Source: Thermodesulfobacteriota bacterium
Lineage (GTDB): Bacteria > Desulfobacterota > Desulfobacteria > Desulfobacterales > SURF-7
Length of the DNA: 38,519 nt
Reading direction: 5' to 3'
Assembly: GCA_049320885.1 (NCBI GenBank)
Contig: JBMORA010000067.1
Span: 1-38,519, forward strand
Shown here: piece by piece, positions 24,999 through 34,065 of the stretch
Layout of the letters: every line of letters starts with the position of its first letter
Position numbering within the stretch: the first letter of the stretch is position 1
Notes under the pieces: model-generated
What the model saw: the letters and a program-made list of their open reading frames with translations, nothing else
Databases searched by the model: none
Told to the model about the DNA's origin: nothing
Translations under genes and position numbers: made by a program

Positions 24999-25802
24999 AT
25001 GAAAAATCTGGCGAAAAAAGTCGTCGCGATCACCGGCGCCGCCGCCGGTATCGGCAAGGAAATGGCCCTGCTCTTTGCCGCGGAAAAGGCCTCGCTGGCA
25101 CTGATGGACATCAACGAGAAGCAACTGGAGGTCACGGCCGGGGAGCTTGCCGGATACGGTGTCACCGTGCGGAAATATGTCTGCAATGTGGCCGACAAGG
25201 ATAAGGTGGAGGCGGTCTGCGCGGAGATCAAGCGGGATTTCGGTTTTGTGGATGTCCTGGTCAACAACGCCGGCATCGTGGTCGGGAAATCCATTGAAGA
25301 CAGCAGTTATGAGGAGATCCGGCGCACCATCGACGTCAACCTGACCGGCCTGATCTGGCTGACCAAGCAGTTCCTGCCGGAAATGACCCGGCGGAATTCC
25401 GGCCATATCGTGAACATCGCCTCCGCCGCCGGGATGCTGGCCATCCCGCTGCTCGGAGATTACTGCGCCACGAAGTTCGCCGTGGTCGGCTTCACGGACG
25501 CGCTGCGCATGGAAATGAAGAAATTCGGCCATGCCGGCGTCAAGACTACCTGTGTCTGCCCCTCGATAATCGACACCGGCATGTTTACCGGCTTCAAACC
25601 GCCGCTCCTGAATCCCCTGCTGCAGCCGAAAGAAGTGGCCCGGCGAGTGGTGGATGCGGTGAAAATGGAAAAGACCTACGTGAAGATGCCGTTCATGGTG
25701 AATCTGATTCCCCTGTTCAAATTTCTACCGGCTCCGTTCGTCGACTGGCTGGGGGATATCCTCGGCACCACCAGGTCCATGGATCATTTCAAGGGACATT
25801 GA
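24999..25802 (+). CDS. Classical short-chain dehydrogenase/reductase (17beta-HSD11/RDH10-like), probably NAD-dependent
   Basis: TGAAAGIG, Asp at the end of beta2 (LMDIN), VLVNNAGIV, GHIVNIASAAG, YCATK, TTCVCP..IDTGMF. Alternative start at 24993. Confidence 0.9.
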   Translation: MKNLAKKVVAITGAAAGIGKEMALLFAAEKASLALMDINEKQLEVTAGELAGYGVTVRKYVCNVADKDKVEAVCAEIKRDFGFVDVLVNNAGIVVGKSIEDSSYEEIRRTIDVNLTGLIWLTKQFLPEMTRRNSGHIVNIASAAGMLAIPLLGDYCATKFAVVGFTDALRMEMKKFGHAGVKTTCVCPSIIDTGMFTGFKPPLLNPLLQPKEVARRVVDAVKMEKTYVKMPFMVNLIPLFKFLPAPFVDWLGDILGTTRSMDHFKGH

Positions 25803-25854
25803 CAGCCGCTGGTCCGCTTTACAAATCCGTCGCGAACGGATATATCTTCCCTGA

Positions 25855-25902
25855 ACCGTCCCGGGTCCGCCTCCACGGGAGGCGGCGGACCGGCGGGACG
25901 GT
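25855..25902. terminator. GC-rich hairpin at the end of the catabolic operon (possible terminator or 3' stabiliser)
   Basis: accgtcccg-ggtccgcctcc-acg-ggaggcgg-cggacc-gg-cgggacggt, with no U-tract. Confidence 0.4.
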
Positions 25903-25917
25903 CGCGGGGAAAAACGC

Positions 25918-26412
25918 ATGACTGCCGATTTCCAGAAAAATACGCGCTACACCATCGGTCTGATTTCCGATACCCACGGCCGTTTGCCTTCCGCCGCCCT
26001 TTCCGCCCTGAACAATTGTGAACTCGTCATTCACGCCGGCGATATCGATTCCCCGGAAATCCTCGATCGTCTGAAAGAAACAGCACCCACCGTGGCCGTC
26101 CGCGGGAATATGGATCAAGGGGCCTGGAGCCTGTCCCTGCCGGAATCGCGGATCGTCCGGGTGGGAGAAGTCGTTCTCCTGGTTTGTCATATTCTGGACA
26201 AGCGCAAGCCGGAAGACGGAGCCGTGACGGTCGTGGTGTACGGTCATACCCACCGGCCGGACGCCTACATGGAGAACGGCGTTCTTTTTGTGAATCCGGG
26301 GAGCGCCTCCGCGCCGCGTTACCATCATCCTCCGTCCGTCGCCAGGCTCCATGTGAACGGGAAGCATATCCGGGTGGAGCATGTGGCCCTTGACGAGGAC
26401 CGGCAGGATTGA
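25918..26412 (+). CDS. Metallophosphoesterase, YfcE/MJ0936 family
   Basis: GLISDTHG, IHAGD, VRGNMD, YGHTH, VNPGS. Confidence 0.92.
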   Translation: MTADFQKNTRYTIGLISDTHGRLPSAALSALNNCELVIHAGDIDSPEILDRLKETAPTVAVRGNMDQGAWSLSLPESRIVRVGEVVLLVCHILDKRKPEDGAVTVVVYGHTHRPDAYMENGVLFVNPGSASAPRYHHPPSVARLHVNGKHIRVEHVALDEDRQD

Positions 26413-26471
26413 TACGGTTGGAAAAGTGATGTGGAAACGATTCTGGAATGCCTAACGAGAAGAGGTTGATC

Positions 26472-26960
26472 ATGGAAAAATGCCCTTGTGGTTCGGATAA
26501 GGCCTATGCGGATTGCTGTGAACCGTTCATCACCGGGGAAGGAACCCCGCCGACCGCCGAAGCCCTGATGCGCGCCCGGTACAGCGCGTTCGTCAAATCC
26601 CGGATTGATTTTATTCTGAGCACCATCCATCCGGAAAAAAAGGAGCTTCATGACGAAAAGACGTTGAACAACTGGTCCCGGAAATCCGAATGGTTATCCC
26701 TGCAAATCCTGAATACGGCGAAAGGAGGGGAATCCGACACGGAAGGGGAGGTGGAATTCATCGCCACCTACCGCCGCAAGGGGAATAAGGAAAAACACCA
26801 TGAAATCGCGACTTTCAAAAAAGAAGACGGGAAGTGGTTCTTTCATGACGGGCAACCGCCGAAGCCCGGGCAATTCGTGCGTGAAAAGGCAAAGATCGGC
26901 CGTAACGATCCCTGCCCCTGCGGCAGCGGTAAAAAATACAAAAAATGTTGTTTCCGGTAG
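26472..26960 (+). CDS. ychJ: YchJ family protein with SEC-C motifs
   Basis: [31 protein letters not shown]...[29 protein letters not shown]. Confidence 0.92.
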   Translation: MEKCPCGSDKAYADCCEPFITGEGTPPTAEALMRARYSAFVKSRIDFILSTIHPEKKELHDEKTLNNWSRKSEWLSLQILNTAKGGESDTEGEVEFIATYRRKGNKEKHHEIATFKKEDGKWFFHDGQPPKPGQFVREKAKIGRNDPCPCGSGKKYKKCCFR

Positions 26961-27047
26961 ACAAGACGATCCTGTAAACCGTCCGCGCGGCGTTTTCAAC
27001 ACCGGGTGGAGAGGCCGTGATTTACCGGCAGAACGGGAGACGATTAC

Positions 27048-27377
27048 ATGGAGCAGGAGCATCATGATCCGTATGCGGAAAAACGGAAATACCCGCGCAA
27101 GCCATGCCTGATATCCGTGGAGTGCGGTCTGAAGGACAGCGTTTTCACCAATCACATCCAGAACATCAGCCGTGACGGGGTCTACATTGAAACCACCGCA
27201 CCGTTTTCGGTGGGGCAGGAAATCACCCTGCGCATTCTGGCGCCCTACAAACTCAACCAGATCAAAAATATCGTCGGCGAGATCGTCCGGGTGGAGCCCC
27301 TGGGGATCGCCGTGCGGTTCAAAAAGGATGACCCGGTCCAGGAGGCCCTGATCCGCGTCTTTGTCGAAAATATTTAG
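27048..27377 (+). CDS. Stand-alone PilZ-domain protein
   Basis: RxxxR motif (EKRKYPR) and D/NxSxxG motif (NISRDG); GEIVRV..GIAVRF. Confidence 0.88.
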   Translation: MEQEHHDPYAEKRKYPRKPCLISVECGLKDSVFTNHIQNISRDGVYIETTAPFSVGQEITLRILAPYKLNQIKNIVGEIVRVEPLGIAVRFKKDDPVQEALIRVFVENI

Positions 27378-27394
27378 CGCTGCGCCGGTCTTTC

Positions 27395-27429
27395 ACGCCA
27401 TTGCGGGGGGAACCCCCGCAGGCGTTTTT
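27395..27429 (+). terminator. Intrinsic terminator
   Basis: acgcc-at-tgcggggg-gaa-cccccgca-ggcgt running into a T5 tract. Confidence 0.75.
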
Positions 27430-27548
27430 AGTTCTCCCGCAGGGACGCTGGGACGCCGGGAAAAACACAGCCATACAATACCATGACGCCAGAGTCCCGG
27501 CTGGGTCGAAGGTGCATGCGATTCCCCTGCGCGGCAAGCGATATTGCC

Positions 27549-27578
27549 TTGCATGATACCCCCTCGCCGTAGTATAAT
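27549..27578 (+). promoter_or_regulatory. Sigma70-type promoter for the receiver/kinase genes
   Basis: TTGCAT (27549-27554), 18-bp spacer, TATAAT (27573-27578). Confidence 0.5.
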
Positions 27579-27655
27579 CCATCCAGTTTCATCAAGCCGT
27601 TGTCCTTACTATCCATAAGGTGCCTCCATCCGTAACCCGGCCAGGACATACTCCC

Positions 27656-28045
27656 ATGATTGAAAAAAAGATTCTTTTTGTCGATGATGAGGAATCCCAG
27701 CGGGATGTGATGGAAAGAGTCCTCAAACGCATGGGGTACCAGGTAACCCTGTCGAGCAGCGCGGAAAATGCCTTGGAAATATTGCAGAACGAATGTTTTC
27801 CGGTGATCATCACCGATTTGAACATGCCCGGCATGGATGGAAACACGTTTTGCCGACGAATCCGGGAGAAGGACACGCGGGCGTTCATATACGCCCTTTC
27901 CGGATATATCGAGGCCTATGACGATTTCAAGCTCGCGCAAATCGGTTTTAACGGCTTTCTTCGAAAACCCACCACCTACCAGATGTTGAAGCAGGCAATT
28001 GAAAAGGCCTTTGACAGGCTGGAGGGGCTCGCGGACTCTCCGTGA
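27656..28045 (+). CDS. Single-domain response regulator (CheY-like receiver)
   Basis: KILFVDDE, ITDLNMPGMDG, ALSG, FLRKP. Confidence 0.92.
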   Translation: MIEKKILFVDDEESQRDVMERVLKRMGYQVTLSSSAENALEILQNECFPVIITDLNMPGMDGNTFCRRIREKDTRAFIYALSGYIEAYDDFKLAQIGFNGFLRKPTTYQMLKQAIEKAFDRLEGLADSP

Positions 28046-28158
28046 GGCCCGTCACGAAGCGCTTTGCGGACCGTCCGGCCCCGGGAGACCGGCAAGGCTG
28101 TCCGGAACAATAGCAAACAACCTCTGTCGCCGCTCACCGGCGGGAGCAGGAGGTGCCT

Positions 28159-30159
28159 GTGGAGAAAGCCGTCATCCTGTTGATTTCGGACAGCTCCCCG
28201 GAGGCCGGTCGCTTGAAGCGACTCCTGGGTGCTGCGGGGGCCTCGATTATATCGGTGACCCTGGACCTGGGCGGCATTCCGGACAAGGCCGATCTGATCG
28301 TTGTGGACTTTCGTCCGGCGCCGTCCGCGGGGATGGCGGCGGCGCGAAAAATCCGCAGGCTGTTCGGTCCGGGGCAAAGGGTTCCGCTGCTTTTTGTGGC
28401 CCGGAGCCCCGGGGACCAGGTTCTGCCGTCAGGAATGGGCGCCCTGGAACCGGCGGATATTCTGTGGCTGCCGGCGCCGCGGGAAATCGTCCAGGGAAAG
28501 ATTCGCCTGCTGCTGGCATCCCGCCGGACGGCCGCCGCTCTGGAAGAGGCCCGGGAAGAACTGGAGCGGACCCGGACGGATCTGAAGCATGCCGTCGCCG
28601 ATCGCGAGCAGATGGCGAAGGCCCTGCGGGAAAGCAACCAGCAGTTTCAGTCGCTCTGCAACAATTCCCCCGACATCATCTACACCCTCGGTTTCAATGG
28701 CGAGTTCACCTATGTCAACCCGGCCTGGGAGAAAATCCTGGGGCATGGGCAGGAAGAGGTTTTAGGACGTTATTTCGTGGATTTCAGTTTGGAGGAGGAT
28801 GCCCGCAAATACCGGCACCTGTTCCGGCAAATCCGGGATGACAAAAAGGTTCTGCACGATATCCGCGGCAATCTGATCCACAAGGACGGCACCATGCGCC
28901 TGTTTTATCTCAGCGGGGCGCCGAACATGGACCCGGATGGCGAGGTCACCGGCATGGTCGGACTGCTCAAGGACATCACCGAGAATGAAAAATTGCAGGC
29001 CCAGTTGCTGCATGCCCAGAAAATGGAAGCCATCGGCGTGCTGGCCGGCGGCGTGGCCCACGATTTCAACAACCTGCTTCAGGCGATCAGCGGGTATGTC
29101 GACCTGCTGCTCCTGGATTTGAACGAAAAAGCGAGCGGCTATGCCGAATTGCAGGAGATCCGCCAGACCGCCAGGCGGGGTGCCGATCTGACCCGCCATC
29201 TACTGACCTTCAGCCGGAAAGTGGAAAGCAAGCTCCGTCCCATCTCCCTCAACCACGAAATCCAGCGGGTGCGCAACCTGCTGGAGCGGACCATCCCCAA
29301 GATGATCCATATTGAACTGGAGCTGGCCCCTGATCAGACCATCGTCAACGCCGACCCGGTCCAGATCGAGCAGGTGTTGATGAATTTAGGCGTGAACGCC
29401 CGGGACGCCATGCCGGAAGGGGGGACCCTCAGTATCCGGACGGATCGGGTGACATTGGACAGGAAATTCTGCGACACCCACCTCCATGTGACCCCCGGCG
29501 ACTATTATCGCATCGAGGTCGCGGATACGGGTACCGGTATGGACGGACAAACCATGGAGCATATTTACGAACCGTTCTTTACCACCAAAAAAGCCCGCAA
29601 AGGGACGGGGCTCGGTCTTTCCATCGTTTACGGCATCATCAAGAATCACGGCGGGTATATTCTATGCGACAGCCGTCTCGGCAGGGGAACGACCTTCCGG
29701 GTATACCTGCCGGTCCTGAACCAGGAAGCGGTCAGTACGGCTCCGGGAGTTGAGTTGCGGCCGACGGACCCGGCGCTCCAGGGGACGGAGACGGTGATGC
29801 TGGTCGACGATGACCCCATGGTCCGCCAGACCGGTGAAAAAATCCTGCGCAAATTCGGCTATCGGATGGTCACCGCGGCCACGGGGGAAGCGGCGCTCAA
29901 AACCTTCCGGCGCCGGCACCAGCGGATCGATCTGGTGCTGCTGGATGTCAACATGCCGGGCATGGGCGGGAAACGCTGCCTGGAGGAGATGCTGAAAATC
30001 AAGCCTGACGTCAAGGTCATCATCACCACCGGTTACCCGGTCAGCGAGCGATTCAAACGGGAGATCGCCGGCCGGATCGTCGGCTTCATCGACAAGCCCT
30101 ATGTTTCCGAGGCCCTCCTGCGCAAAACCCGGGAAGTTCTCGACGCCGGATCCGGATGA
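28159..30159 (+). CDS. PAS-domain hybrid sensor histidine kinase (degenerate REC-coiled coil-PAS-HisKA-HATPase-REC)
   Basis: PAS (NSPDIIY..YVNPAW..DIT), H-box AGGVAHDFNNLL, N-box NLGVNARDAM, DTGTGM, PFFTTK, GTGLGL, C-terminal receiver DDD..LLDVNMPGMGG..KP. GTG 28159 follows AGGAGG; alternative start at 28153. Confidence 0.93.
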   Translation: MEKAVILLISDSSPEAGRLKRLLGAAGASIISVTLDLGGIPDKADLIVVDFRPAPSAGMAAARKIRRLFGPGQRVPLLFVARSPGDQVLPSGMGALEPADILWLPAPREIVQGKIRLLLASRRTAAALEEAREELERTRTDLKHAVADREQMAKALRESNQQFQSLCNNSPDIIYTLGFNGEFTYVNPAWEKILGHGQEEVLGRYFVDFSLEEDARKYRHLFRQIRDDKKVLHDIRGNLIHKDGTMRLFYLSGAPNMDPDGEVTGMVGLLKDITENEKLQAQLLHAQKMEAIGVLAGGVAHDFNNLLQAISGYVDLLLLDLNEKASGYAELQEIRQTARRGADLTRHLLTFSRKVESKLRPISLNHEIQRVRNLLERTIPKMIHIELELAPDQTIVNADPVQIEQVLMNLGVNARDAMPEGGTLSIRTDRVTLDRKFCDTHLHVTPGDYYRIEVADTGTGMDGQTMEHIYEPFFTTKKARKGTGLGLSIVYGIIKNHGGYILCDSRLGRGTTFRVYLPVLNQEAVSTAPGVELRPTDPALQGTETVMLVDDDPMVRQTGEKILRKFGYRMVTAATGEAALKTFRRRHQRIDLVLLDVNMPGMGGKRCLEEMLKIKPDVKVIITTGYPVSERFKREIAGRIVGFIDKPYVSEALLRKTREVLDAGSG

Positions 30160-30186
30160 CGCTGTTGTCGTCCGGAAACGGCCGCA

Positions 30187-30585
30187 TCAGGGCCAGGTGT
30201 CCATGCCGCATATCGCCGTGCATTTGATTTCCACCAGGGCGTTTCTGGGCAGCCGGCTGACTTCCACCACCGCGCGTGCCGGTTTGTGATCTCCGAAAAA
30301 TTCCGCATAGATACCGTTGAATTCGGTGAATTTTTCCATGTCCGTGAGATACACGTCCACGGCGACCACCTGGTCCAGACCGCTGCCGCCGGCGGCCAAT
30401 ATCGCGCCGAGGTTCGCAAGGGCCTGACGCGCCTGCTGGCCGAATTCGGGCCCTGCCAGTTCCCCGCTGGCGGGCGCAAGCCCCAGTTGCCCGCTGACGA
30501 ACAGAAATTCCCCTGCCGCGATTCCCTGGGAATAGGGCCCGATGGCGGCGGGTGCCGATGTGGTTTGCACGATCCGTTGTTTCAT
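30187..30585 (-). CDS. ridA: RidA/YjgF family reactive-intermediate deaminase
   Basis: APAAIGPYSQG, LFVSGQL, FNGIYAEFF, PARAVVEVSRLPRNALVEI. Start trimmed to ATG 30585. Confidence 0.92.
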   Translation of the reverse strand: MKQRIVQTTSAPAAIGPYSQGIAAGEFLFVSGQLGLAPASGELAGPEFGQQARQALANLGAILAAGGSGLDQVVAVDVYLTDMEKFTEFNGIYAEFFGDHKPARAVVEVSRLPRNALVEIKCTAICGMDTWP

Positions 30586-30838
30586 ACCTGCCTCTCCTGT
30601 TGTCGGATTGATCCGTATATCCCGGACGGGCGTCCGCGGCGATCCAGGATGCCTGCGCCGGCGGATGGCCGTTTTGTTCCACGACAGCCCCATGCATACC
30701 ACAATCGCGGAGAGAAGGAAACAAACCGGTAACGTGCCGCTTGTCACCGGGATTCGGCTTGTTATATTATGGCAGACGGCCGGCGACGGGAAGAGCCCGG
30801 CAATTACAAAATGGAAACCAGGGGAAACGAAGCGCGTC

Positions 30839-31285
30839 ATGAAATCCTATTTCTTTCGCTGTTCCGGATGCGGGACCCGCAACCGCATTCCGGAGGACAG
30901 GGCGGGTCAGCCCGCCAAGTGCGGCAAATGCGGCGGGCGGATGGAAACCAGCGCCTTGAAGATTGCCCATCCGGTCATGGTGACGGATGCCAACTTCACC
31001 AGTACGGTACTGCAGTCACCCATGCCGGTGTTGCTCGACTGCTGGGCCCAGTGGTGCGGTCCCTGCCAGATCATGGGGCCGGTGATGGATGAACTTGCCG
31101 CCACCTGGCAGGGACGGATCCGCGTCGGGAAATTGAATATTGATCAGAATCCGCGGATCGCCGGGCAGTTTTTTGTGCGCAGCGTACCGACCCTGCTGGT
31201 CTTCGACCGCGGGAAATTGCTGGATACCCTGGTGGGCGCGGTTCCGAAACATCAGATCATCCAAAAAATGGCCGGTTATCTCTAA
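30839..31285 (+). CDS. trxC: Thioredoxin 2 (Zn-finger thioredoxin)
   Basis: CSGCGTRNRI...KCGKC zinc finger and WCGPC active site. Confidence 0.9.
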   Translation: MKSYFFRCSGCGTRNRIPEDRAGQPAKCGKCGGRMETSALKIAHPVMVTDANFTSTVLQSPMPVLLDCWAQWCGPCQIMGPVMDELAATWQGRIRVGKLNIDQNPRIAGQFFVRSVPTLLVFDRGKLLDTLVGAVPKHQIIQKMAGYL

Positions 31286-31310
31286 GCCGGCAAGCGCGGA
31301 ATGCGACGGA

Positions 31311-32228
31311 ATGATGGACAACCATCCCAAATGCCCTGCCGTGGCCGATGCGATTCTCCACTGGCTGGAGAACGGACTCGTGGTGGAGGAACCGGTGCGG
31401 AACTATCTGCGTTCGGTCTTCGCCGACCGGTCGCTTCCGGAATTGGCGCTCTTCCTCGAGCAGGAGGACGGTTGCGAAAGAGACAGCCTGCTGGACCTGC
31501 TGCTATTCCCGGACGAAGCCCTGAAAATCCGTCTGGAGACCGTCATGGGCAGGGAAGCCTTCGGCCCCGGGGATGAGCAGGCCGTTGTCCGGCTGCTTTC
31601 GGGCCGCCGTCCAAAGGCGTTGATCCGTTTCCGGGAGGAAGAGACGGGGCGGGCGATCCCCGTGCCTGATTATCTGGCGGAAAACCTGGTGGCCCGGCTG
31701 CGGCTTTGCCGGCCTCCCGACCCGCGCATCATTGCATCCGTTGCGGCCCATGTCCCCCCCGCGGACGTTCCTTCCGTTCTAGTGAAAATCCGTCATGCGG
31801 AGGTTCCGCCCAATCCCGCGATGATCGGCGTCCTATGCCGCTTCTTCGAGACATGCCCTTTTCGGGACAGCCGGTTTTCAGCGGATATGGCGTTTCTGCT
31901 GGCCTTCGCCGGCGAACTGGACCCTGCCGAAGCCCCGGAGCAGGCCCTTTCGGCCAAACGCCGGAAACTGGGCGATCAATTGCGCAAGGACCTGCTGTTT
32001 CTGGAGCGTCTCCGGGGGAACAACATGGAAATCATGATGCTTGCGGGGTGCAGGGCCTCCGGCCCGGGGCCGGACCGCATTCGTGAAAGCATGGACATCA
32101 TCGACCGGCTGCTGGACGTTCTCTTTCAGCGTCGGGAACAGTCCCCGGAATGCCGGGAAAGCCGCTTCCGCATCGGCGGCGAGGAACCCCGGAAGGAACT
32201 GGACGCTGTTTTCCGTCTCCTGGCATAG
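31311..32228 (+). CDS. Hypothetical protein (~305 aa, predicted helical)
   Basis: Fills the gap between trxC and lolA on the same strand with a plausible composition. No motif recognised; start uncertain. Confidence 0.65.
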   Translation: MMDNHPKCPAVADAILHWLENGLVVEEPVRNYLRSVFADRSLPELALFLEQEDGCERDSLLDLLLFPDEALKIRLETVMGREAFGPGDEQAVVRLLSGRRPKALIRFREEETGRAIPVPDYLAENLVARLRLCRPPDPRIIASVAAHVPPADVPSVLVKIRHAEVPPNPAMIGVLCRFFETCPFRDSRFSADMAFLLAFAGELDPAEAPEQALSAKRRKLGDQLRKDLLFLERLRGNNMEIMMLAGCRASGPGPDRIRESMDIIDRLLDVLFQRREQSPECRESRFRIGGEEPRKELDAVFRLLA

Positions 32229-32343
32229 GCGACGGAAATCCCTATTTACAAACCGGGACTGTTGCGATAGGTACTTGCATGCCTTGCGGCCGGCGGGAAT
32301 GGCCGCAACAACCGAATCATACCAATCACGATGGATTTCGGCC

Positions 32344-33060
32344 ATGAAAAGAAGAATCAAACAGAACCGTTGGCGCCTCATCGCCGTGATCCTGTGCCTG
32401 GTTTTCCCGGGGACGGGTTTCTGCCTGAAGGAAGCCGCGCTGGATAAAGTCAAAAAAGCCGAAGCGGCCGAGCCGGAACTGAAACTGGGCGAGCTTCTGG
32501 ATAAAATCGAGGCCGGCTACCGGACGGCGGGATTTTCAGCCGATTTCACCCAGACCTCCACCCTCAAGGCCATGGATATTACCGACGAGGCCGCCGGGCA
32601 TGCGGTGTTCAAACGCCCCGGCAAGATGCGCTGGGAGTACGAGACCCCCGAACGGCAGCAGATCATCACCGACGGCAAGAACCTGTGGATTTACCGGCTC
32701 GATGACAACCAGGTGACCGTGGGGACGTTTCCGGCTTTTTTCGGGGACGGCAAGGGCGCGAGCTTTCTTTCGGATATGCAGCTGCTGCGGAAAAAATTCC
32801 ACATCCTGCTGATGGGCAGAAACGACGGCGGCGATTATATCCTGGAACTCAAACCCATGGAGGCGAACCCGGATATCGTCCAGATACGCCTGACGGTATC
32901 CCAGAAAACCTTTTTCGTTTATCGGATCATCACGTTCAATTCCTATGGGGATGAAACGCGGATCGAGCTGACCGGCATCGAGCCCCGGGAACAGTTGGAC
33001 GACGCCATGTTCACCTTCACGGTTCCGGATCAGGCGGAAGTCGTTCAACTGAACGAATAG
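32344..33060 (+). CDS. lolA: Outer-membrane lipoprotein carrier protein LolA
   Basis: Signal peptide, FSADFTQ, FKRPGKMRWEYETPERQQIITDGKNLWIY, FTFTVP. Confidence 0.88.
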   Translation: MKRRIKQNRWRLIAVILCLVFPGTGFCLKEAALDKVKKAEAAEPELKLGELLDKIEAGYRTAGFSADFTQTSTLKAMDITDEAAGHAVFKRPGKMRWEYETPERQQIITDGKNLWIYRLDDNQVTVGTFPAFFGDGKGASFLSDMQLLRKKFHILLMGRNDGGDYILELKPMEANPDIVQIRLTVSQKTFFVYRIITFNSYGDETRIELTGIEPREQLDDAMFTFTVPDQAEVVQLNE

Positions 33061-33076
33061 ACGGCCGGGAGAAGAC

Positions 33077-33979
33077 ATGCACCGCACCATTCGACGATTG
33101 ATTCAGGAAAAAAACGCGATCCTGCTGGCCCACAATTATCAGCCGCCCGAAATCCAGGACGTGGCGGACCTCTGCGGCGATTCCCTGGAACTCAGCATCA
33201 AGGCCTCCCGGACCGATGCGGACATCATCGTTTTCTGCGGCGTGCATTTCATGGCCGAAACCGCCTCGATCCTGTCGCCCCAAAAGACCGTCCTGCTGCC
33301 CCGAACGGACGCCGGGTGCCTGATGGCGGACATGATCGATCCCGAGTCCCTGCGGTTGAAGATCAGCCAACTGCCCCCCATGCCGGTGGTGACCTATGTG
33401 AATTCCACCGCCGCGGTCAAGGCGCTTTCCACCATCTGCTGCACTTCCGCCAACGTCGTCGAGGTGGTGAACAGCCTGGACGCGCCGGAGGTGTTGATGA
33501 CCCCCGACCGGAACCTGGCCCGTTACGCGGCCCTGCACACGGACAAAAAGCTTCACATCTGGGACGGGTATTGCCCCACCCATGAATGGCTGACGCCGGA
33601 GGACGTGCGGCATGCCCGTTACGCCCATCCCGACGCGGTTTTTATCGCCCATCCGGAGTGCCGGCCCGAGGTGGTGGCCATGGCGGATGTGGTGGCCAGC
33701 ACTTCCGGCATGCTGCGGCATGCACAGCAGTCCCCGAAAACGGAATTCATCGTCGGCACGGAAAACGGGTTGCTCTATCCTCTCCGGAAAGCCAATCCGG
33801 ACAAACACTTCTACCCGGCGGCGGAAAAAATGATCTGCAAAAACATGAAGAAAATCAGCCTGGAGGATGTGGTCGCGAGTCTCAAGAACGGCACCGGCGT
33901 GGTGAAGGTGCCCGAGGGCATCCGGCTGTCGGCCCTTACGGCTGTCCAGCGCATGGTGGACCTGGCCTTGAAGAAATGA
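33077..33979 (+). CDS. nadA: Quinolinate synthase A
   Basis: ILLAHNYQ, GDSLELS, FCGVHFMAETA, AGCLMAD, YVNS, CCTSAN, GYCPTH, AHPEC, VGTE, C.NMKKI. Confidence 0.96.
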   Translation: MHRTIRRLIQEKNAILLAHNYQPPEIQDVADLCGDSLELSIKASRTDADIIVFCGVHFMAETASILSPQKTVLLPRTDAGCLMADMIDPESLRLKISQLPPMPVVTYVNSTAAVKALSTICCTSANVVEVVNSLDAPEVLMTPDRNLARYAALHTDKKLHIWDGYCPTHEWLTPEDVRHARYAHPDAVFIAHPECRPEVVAMADVVASTSGMLRHAQQSPKTEFIVGTENGLLYPLRKANPDKHFYPAAEKMICKNMKKISLEDVVASLKNGTGVVKVPEGIRLSALTAVQRMVDLALKK

Positions 33980-34065
33980 GGGTCACCGCGGCGGGAACGC
34001 CTCCAGGCCGGGCCGCCACGGTGATGCTAGGACTGTTTTGTTTGTTATGAAGCAGATGGGCGGGA

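Noticed and set aside
27430..27655. Possible c-di-GMP riboswitch next to the PilZ and receiver genes
   Set aside because: I could not find the GEMM consensus or a convincing two-stem structure.
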